25,156 nt of DNA from Akkermansiaceae bacterium (lineage in GTDB: Bacteria; Verrucomicrobiota; Verrucomicrobiia; Verrucomicrobiales; Akkermansiaceae). The position numbers and the translations under genes are program-made. Position 1 is the stretch's first letter, and each line of letters opens with the position of its first letter. Of the stretch, positions 1 to 8,894 are shown piece by piece. Location: the NCBI GenBank assembly GCA_051251915.1, contig JBPOGF010000033.1:1-25156 (forward strand), given 5' to 3'. Under the pieces are notes generated by a model. That model did not search any database, was not told the DNA's origin, and saw nothing but the letters and a program-made list of their open reading frames with translations.

Positions 1-90
1 ACCTCTAGCAACCTCTAGCAACCTCTAGCAACCTCTAGCAACCTCTAGCAACCTCTAGCAACCTCTAGCAACCTCTAACAACCTCTAGGA
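1..90. repeat. Tandem 10-bp repeat (ACCTCTAGCA)n, truncated by the window start
   Basis: Seven perfect copies at 1-70, then the variants ACCTCTAACA (71-80) and ACCTCTAGGA (81-90). Period is not a multiple of 3 and TAG occurs on both strands, so it is non-coding. Confidence 0.97.
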
Positions 91-139
91 ATTAAGGTTT
101 GAGGTTTTCAAATTGTATCTGACAGATTAAATATAACTC

Positions 140-559
140 ATGAACTTCCCAGAGCATGAAAAGAGTGGGGATTGATTCTCTGCTATTGAGCTCCAGAAAA
201 AAACGACTAACCGTAATGTTGGTGTCTTAACGCTCAAATCTATTATCAACTAGAATGCCTTCTTGCATGCACTTATTAAAGTAACAGGATGTGATAAATA
301 GATTCGGGGTAGAGGCCTTAAGCCTCCTTTCCATCCTCTTATGATGACTAAGATACTCATAATATTACTCTTACACGGACTCAGTGATAATGATCCAGAG
401 TATCAAATAGGTGGTCGACTTAGCTTTATGAACTTCCTTCATATTCAAATGGATGACCACATTCCAGATGCTAAAACCAATTGAGATTTTAAAGAACTCA
501 ACGAGATGGAGAAACGTAAGGGAATAATAAACTCTTTAGCTGTTTTCAACAAATACTAA
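140..559 (+). pseudogene. Decayed IS5-family transposase, N-terminal (DUF772-like) part
   Basis: One frame from ATG 140 reads ...IIN*NAF...KPPFHPLMMTKILIILLLHGLSDNDPEYQIGGRLSFMNFLHIQMDDHIPDAKTN*DFKE, matching the IS5 pattern P-F-x-P-x-x-M-x-K...GLSD...EYQI..RLSFM.FL......PDAKTIW. Internal stops at 173, 251, 299 and 482. No DDE domain follows. Confidence 0.8.
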
Positions 560-781
560 CACTACGAAGATTCTGAAAAAGTGAGCCTACCAGAGGCTGC
601 TTAAAACCAACAATTTACTTTAAAAGGAATAAAAATGAATATTACTACTCTATATATCAATGAATGCGAACTCTAGTAAGCAGTCTAATAAATCAGCAAA
701 ACCTCAAATGTAAGAGATCTAAAATCAAGTTAGGCCGCTACATCTTGCACCATCAAAAACCTTAAATTAAATACGAACATA

Positions 782-2146
782 ATGAACAAAACAAACCCCA
801 CCAGAGACTTCTGCAATCTAGATTGCTTCATCAATGGCCTAAAAAAGAGAAACCCAGCCGAACCAAATTTCCACCAAGCCGTCTACGAAGTCGCAGAAAG
901 TATCTTCCCTCTTATAAAAGACAATGCAGCCTACCAAGACGCATCCATCATCGAAAGACTCACAGAACCAGACCGCATCATCACCTTCCGTGTCACCTGG
1001 ACAGACGATGACGGCAACACCAGAGTCAACAGAGCATGGAGAGTCCAGTTCAACAACAGCATCGGCCCATACAAAGGAGGTCTACGTTTCCATAAAGATG
1101 TCGACCTAGACACACTAAAATTCCTAGGCTTCGAGCAAACACTAAAAAACAGCCTAACAGGTCTCCCAATGGGAGGAGCCAAGGGAGGCTCTAACTTTAA
1201 CCCAAAAGGAAAAAGTGATGCAGAAGTGATGCGCTTCTGTCACTCTATGATGGTCGAACTCCAGCGTCACATTGGCGAAGACACAGACGTCCCCGCAGGC
1301 GACATCGGAGTAGGTGCCAGAGAACTCGGCTACCTATTTGGCCAATACAAGCGACTCAACAACCGCTTTGCAGGAGTCATGACCGGAAAAGGCCTCTCCT
1401 TCGGAGGTAGCGCCGGTAGGAAAGAAGCCACAGGCTACGGCGCCGTATACTTCTATCAACAAATGTTAGAACACAAAAATGACGGAATATCAGGCAAGAA
1501 AGTCATCGTCTCAGGCTCAGGCAATGTCGCCATCTACGCCATAGAAAAACTCACCGAACTCGGAGCCACCGTCATCACCGCCTCAGACTCGTCCGGCTTC
1601 ATCCATGACAAAAACGGAATCGATGCCGATAAACTCGAATGGCTAAAAGATCTAAAAGAGGTCAGACGAGGCCGCATCGAAGAATACGCAGAAGAATTCG
1701 ACTGTGACTACCACGCTGACAAACAACCCTGGTCAGTATCAGCAGACGCCGCATTCCCCTGCGCCACCCAAAACGAAATCGATAAAGAAGCAGCGCAGGC
1801 CCTCATCGATGGCGGCATAAAAGCAGTCGTAGAAGGCGCCAACATGCCCAGCACCGCAGACGCCATCGGCATCTTCCACAAAAACAACATCATGTTCGCC
1901 CCAGCTAAAGCAGCCAACGCCGGCGGAGTTGCCGTCTCTGGTCTCGAACAAAGCCAAAACGCCCTACGCATCTCATGGAGCGCAGAAGAAGTCGACCAGC
2001 GACTCCAAAACATCATGAAAGACATCCACAAAAAATGCCTAGAACAAGCCCCCGACGGAACAGAAATCCCAAACTACCTAACAGGTGCCAACCGAGCCGG
2101 CTTCATCAAAGTAGCCAACGCCATGCTAGCCTACGGAGCGGTCTAG
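782..2146 (+). CDS. gdhA: NADP-specific glutamate dehydrogenase
   Basis: GPYKGGLRFH, LPMGGAKGGS, DVPAGDIGVG, TGKG, GSGNVA, EGANMP and KAANAGGVAVSGLE motifs; 454 aa. Confidence 0.97.
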   Translation: MNKTNPTRDFCNLDCFINGLKKRNPAEPNFHQAVYEVAESIFPLIKDNAAYQDASIIERLTEPDRIITFRVTWTDDDGNTRVNRAWRVQFNNSIGPYKGGLRFHKDVDLDTLKFLGFEQTLKNSLTGLPMGGAKGGSNFNPKGKSDAEVMRFCHSMMVELQRHIGEDTDVPAGDIGVGARELGYLFGQYKRLNNRFAGVMTGKGLSFGGSAGRKEATGYGAVYFYQQMLEHKNDGISGKKVIVSGSGNVAIYAIEKLTELGATVITASDSSGFIHDKNGIDADKLEWLKDLKEVRRGRIEEYAEEFDCDYHADKQPWSVSADAAFPCATQNEIDKEAAQALIDGGIKAVVEGANMPSTADAIGIFHKNNIMFAPAKAANAGGVAVSGLEQSQNALRISWSAEEVDQRLQNIMKDIHKKCLEQAPDGTEIPNYLTGANRAGFIKVANAMLAYGAV

Positions 2147-2270
2147 AACATTACCTATGTCTAGGCCTCCTACAGCCCGATGGATGATGTCAATTCACCA
2201 TCGCTTACAATGCGCTGAATGAATCTAAAAACTCTTCCACGGCGGTGATGAGGGTAGCCGAAGCTTGCCT

Positions 2271-3299
2271 TTAGTCAGGAACCTTCGAAAGCACTATCCG
2301 ATCACCAGCTTTAGCCTTTAGCTTTTCTGCTAACCTTTCTCCAAAGATCATCACCTCGAGAAAGCCTTCCGAGGTGATGTAAGCAACACCCTGTCCCTTC
2401 GCTACCTCAGAATAGTGTCGAGCCAGCGTGACGGCATGAGACTTTGCCCCCACACTCACCAAGAGCTTATCATTCAATTCGGCTTCTAGTTTAGTGAGGT
2501 CACCTTTAACAAAAGAAGTCTCTATATTCCCCCATGACTCACTGACATTACTAGCACTTCCCATCAGCGCAAAGCTTGCTGTTGAAGGGTGTTCAGCTGT
2601 AGGAAGAGTTGCATTCTTCTGTCTGAGAACAGCTTTACCAGCATGCCAACGTTCAAGAGCCTTAATCGCCTCCACTTTCTCAAGATCTGAAACATTACAA
2701 TGACCTAACCTTTCAATTTTCCATAAAGCACAATTCTCCTCACCAGCTTTCTTGAAATAATGTTCTGACATCGGTCGGTTAGCCTCCTGATTAATCAAAA
2801 GGATAATAGGCACTTTAGGAGCATAAGATATTTTTTTACTTAGCCCCTTCTTAGGAAAATTTTGCAGTGCCGCACCCGTTGTCAACACTCCGTCAATCTC
2901 AAGAGCTCCTTCACCAGCCAAAATAGCTATTTGACCACCCATGGAATTACCTAAAATGTAACTAATCTTAGCCTTACCCTGTATCGTTTCCACCTTCGTT
3001 TGTAACGCTTTGATATCATCTAACGCATCCTCTATGATCCATCCATTCCTGCGATACGAAGTAGACGCTATCGTCCAACCTTCAGAAGTTAAAGATCTAG
3101 CCATCGTTCCTTTCATATCAAAATCAGCACTCAACGGAGCATCCTCACCTCGATACCCATGCGCCAAAAACAAAACTTTCCCCGATGGCTTCTCAGCAGC
3201 CAGGATTTTATATTTTGCACCATCAATAACACCTTCATGCAACACAGGCTGAGCCCAAGAGAAAGAAACAGTCAGTAGAAAGATAGCGAATAATTTCAT
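2271..3299 (-). CDS. Exported alpha/beta-hydrolase with a C-terminal domain resembling the SAM hydroxide adenosyltransferase/chlorinase (DUF62) C-terminal domain
   Basis: Signal peptide MKLFAIFLLTVSFSWA; HGY oxyanion motif; GNSMGG nucleophile elbow; GHC His. C-terminal WGNIETS...YSEVAKGQGVAYITSEGFLEVMI...LAEKLKAKAGDRIVL. Confidence 0.7.
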   Translation of the reverse strand: MKLFAIFLLTVSFSWAQPVLHEGVIDGAKYKILAAEKPSGKVLFLAHGYRGEDAPLSADFDMKGTMARSLTSEGWTIASTSYRRNGWIIEDALDDIKALQTKVETIQGKAKISYILGNSMGGQIAILAGEGALEIDGVLTTGAALQNFPKKGLSKKISYAPKVPIILLINQEANRPMSEHYFKKAGEENCALWKIERLGHCNVSDLEKVEAIKALERWHAGKAVLRQKNATLPTAEHPSTASFALMGSASNVSESWGNIETSFVKGDLTKLEAELNDKLLVSVGAKSHAVTLARHYSEVAKGQGVAYITSEGFLEVMIFGERLAEKLKAKAGDRIVLSKVPD

Positions 3300-3483
3300 G
3301 AAAAATGATTATAGAGGATTAGAATATAAGAAACAACGTGAATTTTATCATTCCCTACAAAACGGCCTCTGAATCTAAGGAATCAGAAGGAGGCAACTAA
3401 ATAGGTTTTTGGATTAAATTGTTTTTTTTGATCAGCATACTCCTCACTCAAAAGCTCCCTATTAGTTTCAAGTAAGCTCTAAA

Positions 3484-4389
3484 TCATTTCGTAGATGACT
3501 CCGCCAGCCTAAGAAACGCTTGTATATAATCAACACTCACATCCTCCTCCCGTATGCCTAAATGAATCTGTTTATGCATCCCATTTTCCCCTAACTTCAC
3601 AGGAAATAGATCATATCTCTCGGCATTTTCGTTCACTAACCAACGGGGTAATGCTGTCACCCCCCGACCACATGCCACCATCTGAATCATAATCTCAGTA
3701 GTCTCGATGATTTTCTGATACTTCACCGTCCGCCCAACTGGAGTGAGAAAGTGAGTAAATATATCTAAGCGATCAGAGCACACAGGATAAGTGAATAAGG
3801 TTTCTTCACTCAGGTCCTCAGGCTTCACATACTCGTAATCCTTGTATGGATGATCTCCGCTAACGACCAAGACCTGCTCGTAATCAAATACAGGAACAAA
3901 GGTTAGTTCCTTTTTTTTGACCGGATCAGGCGTGACGATGATATCAATCTCATGCGCAAGCAACGCCTCGATTCCCGCAAATTGAAATTTCTGAATCACA
4001 TCCAAATCAACCGACGGCCAGTCCTGTAAATAGGAACTAGTAATCTTTTGAAGCCATTGATAACAAGGGTGGCACTCCATCCCTATTTTTAATAACCCCC
4101 GCTCCCCTTTACTGAACTGAATCATTTGCCCTTCAGTTCTAACAAACTGTGGAATCAGGCGTCTAGCGGTATTGAGTAAATGTTGGCCCGCTTGAGTAGG
4201 GATTAGCTGCCTTCCTTTTCTCTGCCATATCTTCACACCCAGATGATCCTCTAACTTACTCATACTATGGCTTAGAGCTGACTGAGTGAGGTGGAGTGAC
4301 TGCGCGGCAGCTGTCATGCTCCCCTCTTTCTCTACAGCCAAAATGATCTCCAGGTGGATTCTTTCTAAATAGTTCATTGAGTAGTCCAT
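3484..4389 (-). CDS. metR: LysR-family regulator, MetR-like (alternative start at 4377, MNYLER)
   Basis: LysR HTH GSMTAAAQSLHLTQSALSH; MetR-type GMECHPCYQWL; divergent from a methionine synthase pair. Confidence 0.85.
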   Translation of the reverse strand: MDYSMNYLERIHLEIILAVEKEGSMTAAAQSLHLTQSALSHSMSKLEDHLGVKIWQRKGRQLIPTQAGQHLLNTARRLIPQFVRTEGQMIQFSKGERGLLKIGMECHPCYQWLQKITSSYLQDWPSVDLDVIQKFQFAGIEALLAHEIDIIVTPDPVKKKELTFVPVFDYEQVLVVSGDHPYKDYEYVKPEDLSEETLFTYPVCSDRLDIFTHFLTPVGRTVKYQKIIETTEIMIQMVACGRGVTALPRWLVNENAERYDLFPVKLGENGMHKQIHLGIREEDVSVDYIQAFLRLAESSTK

Positions 4390-4405
4390 GAGTTTACTTC
4401 ATGGA
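4385..4405. promoter_or_regulatory. Putative MetR/LysR binding site
   Basis: TCCATGA-N7-TCATGGA inverted repeat. It contains TGAGtttacTTCA (4389-4401), a T-N11-A motif one base off the MetR consensus TGAA-N5-TTCA, between divergent metR and mesX. Confidence 0.65.
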
Positions 4406-4486
4406 TGTATGATTAATCACCATTTTTATTCATAGGTCAATCCTGTTATGGTCCAAAAAATCAGAAAGTAAATCATAACGCAAACC

Positions 4487-5512
4487 ATGAAACAGAACCA
4501 AACAATATCACAAGACACACAATGCCAGCTCGAAAAGAGTAAGGATTTCACCTACAGCATTAAGAGTATCATTCTGGATGAACATTACCAGCCAGCAGAT
4601 AGCACCAGAGCCACAACCAACTTTGCCAATTTGGCGAGAGGAGAAAGCCGTCAGCTGAATCTACGTAACGCACTAAAGATGATCAATAGCCGCTTCAATG
4701 CCTTGGCTCATTGGGATAATCCTAAAAGCGACCGTTATTCTGTAGAACTAGAAATCATCACAGTAGAAGTTGATATTGAGGGAAATGGCGAGACTTTCCC
4801 ATCGATCGAAATACTGAAGACCAAAATACTAGATCACAAAACGAACAAACATATCGAAGGCATTTCAGGGAACAATTTCTCATCCTACGTGAGAGATTAT
4901 GATTTCAGCATAGTGCTGCCAGAGCACTATAAAAGCCAGTCTAAATTAAGCATCCCTGAAGACTTCGGTGATCTTCATGGCAATCTATTTAAAGACTTCC
5001 TTGGTTCATCTACCTATAAAGAAAATTTCAGTAAATCACCAGTCATCTGCCTGAGCGTTTCTCATAACAAAACCTACCAACGAACAGAAAACCAACACCC
5101 AGTCCTAGGCATTGAGTATCTTCCCAATGAGACATCTCTAACCGAACTCTATTTCCAGAAAATGGGCTTTAAGTCTCGCTGCTTTCTACCGCCTAACAGT
5201 GTCGCCCCTCTGGCATTTTACCACACAGGAGATCTACTAAGTGACTACTCTAACCTAGAGCTCATTAGCACAATCAGCACCATGGAAACTTTCCAAAAAA
5301 TCTACCGACCAGAAATTTATAATGCCAACTCTGTCGCAGGAAATCACTACCAACCAGACCTCGAGCACCAAGATCACTCACTCACTCAAATTGTATACGA
5401 CCGTGAAGAACGCAGCCAGTTAGCAGTCAAACAAGGGATCTTTGCGCAGGAAAATTTCATCACTCCCTACAAATCTATTCTTAAGCAATGGTCTGCAAAC
5501 TACGCTGGATAG
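4487..5512 (+). CDS. mesX: DUF1852 protein, MesX (putative oxygenase partner of MesD)
   Basis: TRATTNFANLARGESRQ.NLRNAL.MI, GNNFSSYVRDYDFS, ISTMETFQKIYRPEIYNANS and IVYDREERSQLA are typical of DUF1852; directly upstream of mesD. Confidence 0.88.
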   Translation: MKQNQTISQDTQCQLEKSKDFTYSIKSIILDEHYQPADSTRATTNFANLARGESRQLNLRNALKMINSRFNALAHWDNPKSDRYSVELEIITVEVDIEGNGETFPSIEILKTKILDHKTNKHIEGISGNNFSSYVRDYDFSIVLPEHYKSQSKLSIPEDFGDLHGNLFKDFLGSSTYKENFSKSPVICLSVSHNKTYQRTENQHPVLGIEYLPNETSLTELYFQKMGFKSRCFLPPNSVAPLAFYHTGDLLSDYSNLELISTISTMETFQKIYRPEIYNANSVAGNHYQPDLEHQDHSLTQIVYDREERSQLAVKQGIFAQENFITPYKSILKQWSANYAG

Positions 5513-5549
5513 TTCACAAAAATAGAAACATCCATATTTAAAGAAATTC

Positions 5550-6590
5550 ATGAAAAAATTATTACCTACTTCAAGCGCAGGCAGTTTACCTAAGCCATCT
5601 TGGCTTGCAGAACCAGAGAAACTATGGTCTCCATGGAAACTCAAAAACGAGGAACTAACTTACGGTAAAAAAGATGCCCTGCGCGTTTCTTTACAAGAGC
5701 AAATCAACGCCGGGATCGATATCATCGGTGACGGCGAGCAAACTCGACAACACTTTGTCACCACGTTTATTGAGCACCTTGATGGCGTAGATTTCAAAAG
5801 ACGCGAGACCGTCAAAATCCGTGACCGCTATGATGCCAGCGTCCCGACAGTCGTTGGCCCAGTGAGTCGGCCCCACCCAATATTTGTCGAAGATGCCAGA
5901 TTCTTGCGCCAACAAACTGATTTACCCATCAAATGGGCCCTACCTGGACCAATGACAATGGTCGATACCCTCTATGATAATCACTACAAAAGCCGCAAAG
6001 AACTCGCTTGGGAATTTGCTAAGATCCTCAACCAAGAAGCCCAAGAACTAGAAGCAGCGGGTGTCGACATCATTCAATTCGATGAACCAGCATTCAATGT
6101 CTTCTTTGATGAGGTCAATGAATGGGGAGTCGCCTGTCTAGAGAGAGCCATCGAAGGCCTACAATGTGAAACCGCCGTGCACATATGCTACGGATACGGC
6201 ATCAAGGCCAACACAGATTGGAAGAAAACACTCGGCTCAGAATGGCGACAATACGAAGAAATATTTCCCAAGCTACAGCAATCAAACATCGATATCATCT
6301 CACTAGAATGCCAGAACTCTCATGTCCCCATCGAACTCATTGAACTCGTCCGAGGGAAAAAAATCATGGTCGGAGCCATTGATGTAGCAACCAATCAGAT
6401 TGAAACACCTGAAGAAGTAGCCGCCACCCTACGAGAAGCACTCAAGTATGTGGATGCAGACAAACTCTATCCATGCACTAACTGCGGCATGACACCACTC
6501 TCACGTGAAGTAGCCAGAGGAAAGCTGAAAGCATTAACCGCAGGTGCAGACATCGTCAGAAATGAACTCTTGTCACAGAGCCCAGAATGA
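5550..6590 (+). CDS. mesD: Core (single-barrel) cobalamin-independent methionine synthase, MesD type
   Basis: GSLPKPSWL, DGEQTRQHFVTTFIEHL, IIQFDEPAF; Zn ligands in HICYGYG, SLEC and TNCG; 346 aa; adjacent to DUF1852. Confidence 0.9.
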   Translation: MKKLLPTSSAGSLPKPSWLAEPEKLWSPWKLKNEELTYGKKDALRVSLQEQINAGIDIIGDGEQTRQHFVTTFIEHLDGVDFKRRETVKIRDRYDASVPTVVGPVSRPHPIFVEDARFLRQQTDLPIKWALPGPMTMVDTLYDNHYKSRKELAWEFAKILNQEAQELEAAGVDIIQFDEPAFNVFFDEVNEWGVACLERAIEGLQCETAVHICYGYGIKANTDWKKTLGSEWRQYEEIFPKLQQSNIDIISLECQNSHVPIELIELVRGKKIMVGAIDVATNQIETPEEVAATLREALKYVDADKLYPCTNCGMTPLSREVARGKLKALTAGADIVRNELLSQSPE

Positions 6591-6679
6591 GCACAAATAC
6601 CAACCAACCAAATCACTCAAACTAGTTAAATAAACAATAAAATAAAACCTCCCCCCCCCTCCCTAAATCTAATGAATAA

Positions 6680-7510
6680 ATGAACATCATAGAATTTATC
6701 ACCAGCCACCCTACTACGATTCTAGGACTAATGGCTACCGGAATTTTTGCCGGTATTCTAGCTGGCTTACTAGGCGTAGGAGGAGGCATCGTCATTGTAC
6801 CAGTGCTATTCTTCTTGTTCCAAAGCTTTGGAGTATCAGCAGAAACAGCCATGCTAGTAGCAACCGCAACATCACTAGCCACCATCGTACCTACGTCCCT
6901 AAGCTCCATTCGATCGCACCACAAAAAAGGCAACGTCAATTTCGACCTACTCAAACGTTGGTCCCCATTTATCCTCAGCGGCGTACTCGCTGGCAGCTTA
7001 CTAGTGACAAAAGTTGACGGCACCTGGCTCACCGTCCTATTTGGAATAATCGCCACTCTCTCCGCTCTAAACATGTTACTAAGAACAGGTAAATCTGCAT
7101 TATTCCAACAACTCCCTGGCAAATTAGGGCAATCAATAATGGGCACATCCATTGGCTTTTTCAGCTCCATGGTAGGCATCGGCGGCGGCACCATCTCAGT
7201 TCCCCTACTTACCCTCTACAACTACCCAGCCCACAAAGCCGTAGGCACCGCAGCCGCAATCGGCCTCATCATCTCACTACCTGGCGCACTAACCATGCTC
7301 TTACTAGGAAGCACCCCACCCGATGCACCACCAGGAACATTCGGACTAGTCAACCTAGGCGCCCTCCTATGCATCATCCCCCTAACCATCCTATTCGCCC
7401 CAGCAGGAGCCGCCTTAGCCGCAAAACTAGATGCAGCAAAACTAAAAAAAGTCTTCGCCGTTGTATTGCTCATCACAGGCCTACGTATGTTGGCACAACT
7501 TTTTCTTTAA
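6680..7510 (+). CDS. TauE/SafE-family (TSUP) membrane transporter
   Basis: Duplicated GLLGVGGG and SMVGIGGG motifs, AVGTAAAIG, about 8 TM segments. Confidence 0.9.
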   Translation: MNIIEFITSHPTTILGLMATGIFAGILAGLLGVGGGIVIVPVLFFLFQSFGVSAETAMLVATATSLATIVPTSLSSIRSHHKKGNVNFDLLKRWSPFILSGVLAGSLLVTKVDGTWLTVLFGIIATLSALNMLLRTGKSALFQQLPGKLGQSIMGTSIGFFSSMVGIGGGTISVPLLTLYNYPAHKAVGTAAAIGLIISLPGALTMLLLGSTPPDAPPGTFGLVNLGALLCIIPLTILFAPAGAALAAKLDAAKLKKVFAVVLLITGLRMLAQLFL

Positions 7511-7587
7511 TCCACCCAATACACTAGAGCTTAATACTTATTAAAAATAGATCAGCCCCCAATAGGATCAGCCTAAGATGCGTTGCC

Positions 7588-8556
7588 TTAATTTACCTCA
7601 AACCGATAAATAGTGAGCGCTCTATCTCCACTTTTACCTAACATACTTTTATCCACACCAACTTTCAAATCTCGACTTGCTGTTGCTGTAGATATGGTCT
7701 TATAAAGCTCTAAGTAGTCCTTCCTAGAAAAGGATTTGTTTCCAAAGTGCTTGTGAGCATTTTCTAGTCTATCTGAAGGAGTGTTAGTTCTTGGTCTAAA
7801 TACATCAATAAAGTCCTCCAAAGACTTCATCACCATCTCTAAAGAAAACTCTACAAATTGCGTAGATTCACCAGCACTATCACATTGTTCTAGCACCTTA
7901 TAATATTGTTCCTGATGTTTCTTAATTAAAGATTCTACAGGAATATACTCAAAGATCTCATGATAATGATACAGCATTAACGTATGCCAAAATCTCCCCA
8001 TTCTTCCATTACCGTCTTGGAAAGGATGAATAAACTCAAACTCGTAATGAAACACTGCCCCTTTAATAAGAGGATGAGTGTCAGACTTCAGAAATTTAAA
8101 TAAGTCATTCATTAAATATGGGACATTCTCTGAAGGAGGAGCCATATGGGAAATTACATCTCCTTTCATGATACCTACATTACCTGACCTCCATCGCCCT
8201 GCTTCCGCTATTAAGCCTTTCATCATCAATTTGTGAGACTTAAGAAGATCACTTTGCTTGGTGGGTTTATAACTCAGCAAATTTTCATAAACCGCATTAG
8301 CATTAAGAACCTCCTCGATATCGTTCTTAGGTGCGATAACTGGCTTACCATCCAAAATTGCAGTCACCTGCTCCAGGTCCAAAGAATTACCCTCAATAGC
8401 CAAACTACCTTGCAAAGTTTTCACCCTACTTGATTTACGTAATTGAGGTTGGGATTTCAACTTTGGATAATCAACACTCTCCACACGTCCAATCAATCTC
8501 TCGATACTAGAAATCAAATTGAGTATTTTACCCGTAATAGTGTAAGGAGGCGACAT
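7588..8556 (-). CDS. Fic-family AMPylase with N-terminal inhibitory helix and C-terminal winged HTH
   Basis: Active motif HPFQDGNGRMGR; inhibitory motif SLAIEGN ((S/T)xxxE(G/N)); C-terminal FSRKDYLELYKTISTATASRDLK HTH. Confidence 0.92.
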   Translation of the reverse strand: MSPPYTITGKILNLISSIERLIGRVESVDYPKLKSQPQLRKSSRVKTLQGSLAIEGNSLDLEQVTAILDGKPVIAPKNDIEEVLNANAVYENLLSYKPTKQSDLLKSHKLMMKGLIAEAGRWRSGNVGIMKGDVISHMAPPSENVPYLMNDLFKFLKSDTHPLIKGAVFHYEFEFIHPFQDGNGRMGRFWHTLMLYHYHEIFEYIPVESLIKKHQEQYYKVLEQCDSAGESTQFVEFSLEMVMKSLEDFIDVFRPRTNTPSDRLENAHKHFGNKSFSRKDYLELYKTISTATASRDLKVGVDKSMLGKSGDRALTIYRFEVN

Positions 8557-8561
8557 GCGTA

Positions 8562-8583
8562 GATAGTATCATGTGATACTATC
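8562..8583. promoter_or_regulatory. Perfect palindrome just upstream of fic, putative operator
   Basis: GATAGTATCA-TG-TGATACTATC, 10-bp arms, 5 bp from the fic ATG. Confidence 0.6.
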
Positions 8584-8840
8584 ATAATTCAATACTATTC
8601 TTGCCTTTCCCTAGATTACAATCTAGACAAGCTGCCACCAGATTATCTAGCTCATTAGATCCCTTATCATTAACTGAAGCCACGTGATCTACATGTAAAA
8701 CTGTACCGTCTTTTGGAGTTCTGCCAAAGTATTTGCAGGTGAACTTATCACGGGTTTGGCCTGACCCCGCACAAACAAAATTGACCATCAGAATTGTAAC
8801 GTAACGAATTCCTAAAATTTAAAAGGTTAGAAATAGGTCT
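8582..8840 (-). pseudogene. Disrupted HNH endonuclease remnant
   Basis: RDKFTCKYFGRTPKDGTVLHVDHV...NLVAACLDCNLGK. The second Cys of the expected CxxC is Phe, and an N-terminal-like RPISNLLNFR segment (from 8840) lies in another frame. Confidence 0.7.
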
Positions 8841-8894
8841 ACATGAAGGGAAACTCGGTAGAACTATTGTATATCTAATACAAATAAATCAACA

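Noticed and set aside
1..90. Possible CRISPR array
   Set aside because: Contiguous 10-bp units, no spacers and no cas genes in the window.
140..559. In-frame TGA codons as selenocysteine or recoding
   Set aside because: The frame also has two TAG stops, the stops do not fall at Cys-like positions, and other genes here end normally at TGA (metR, mesD, nhaA, recG), so this is ordinary decay.
2240..2260. GGCGGTGATGAGGG as an att copy of the tRNA 3' end
   Set aside because: The match to GGCGGAGAGGG is too short and gapped.
6651..6663. C9 tract upstream of tauE as a phase-variation switch
   Set aside because: C runs are common on this C-rich strand and no promoter elements flank it clearly.
6622..7476. 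Minus-strand ORFs 6622-7194 and 7222-7476
   Set aside because: Antisense shadows of the well-supported tauE gene.
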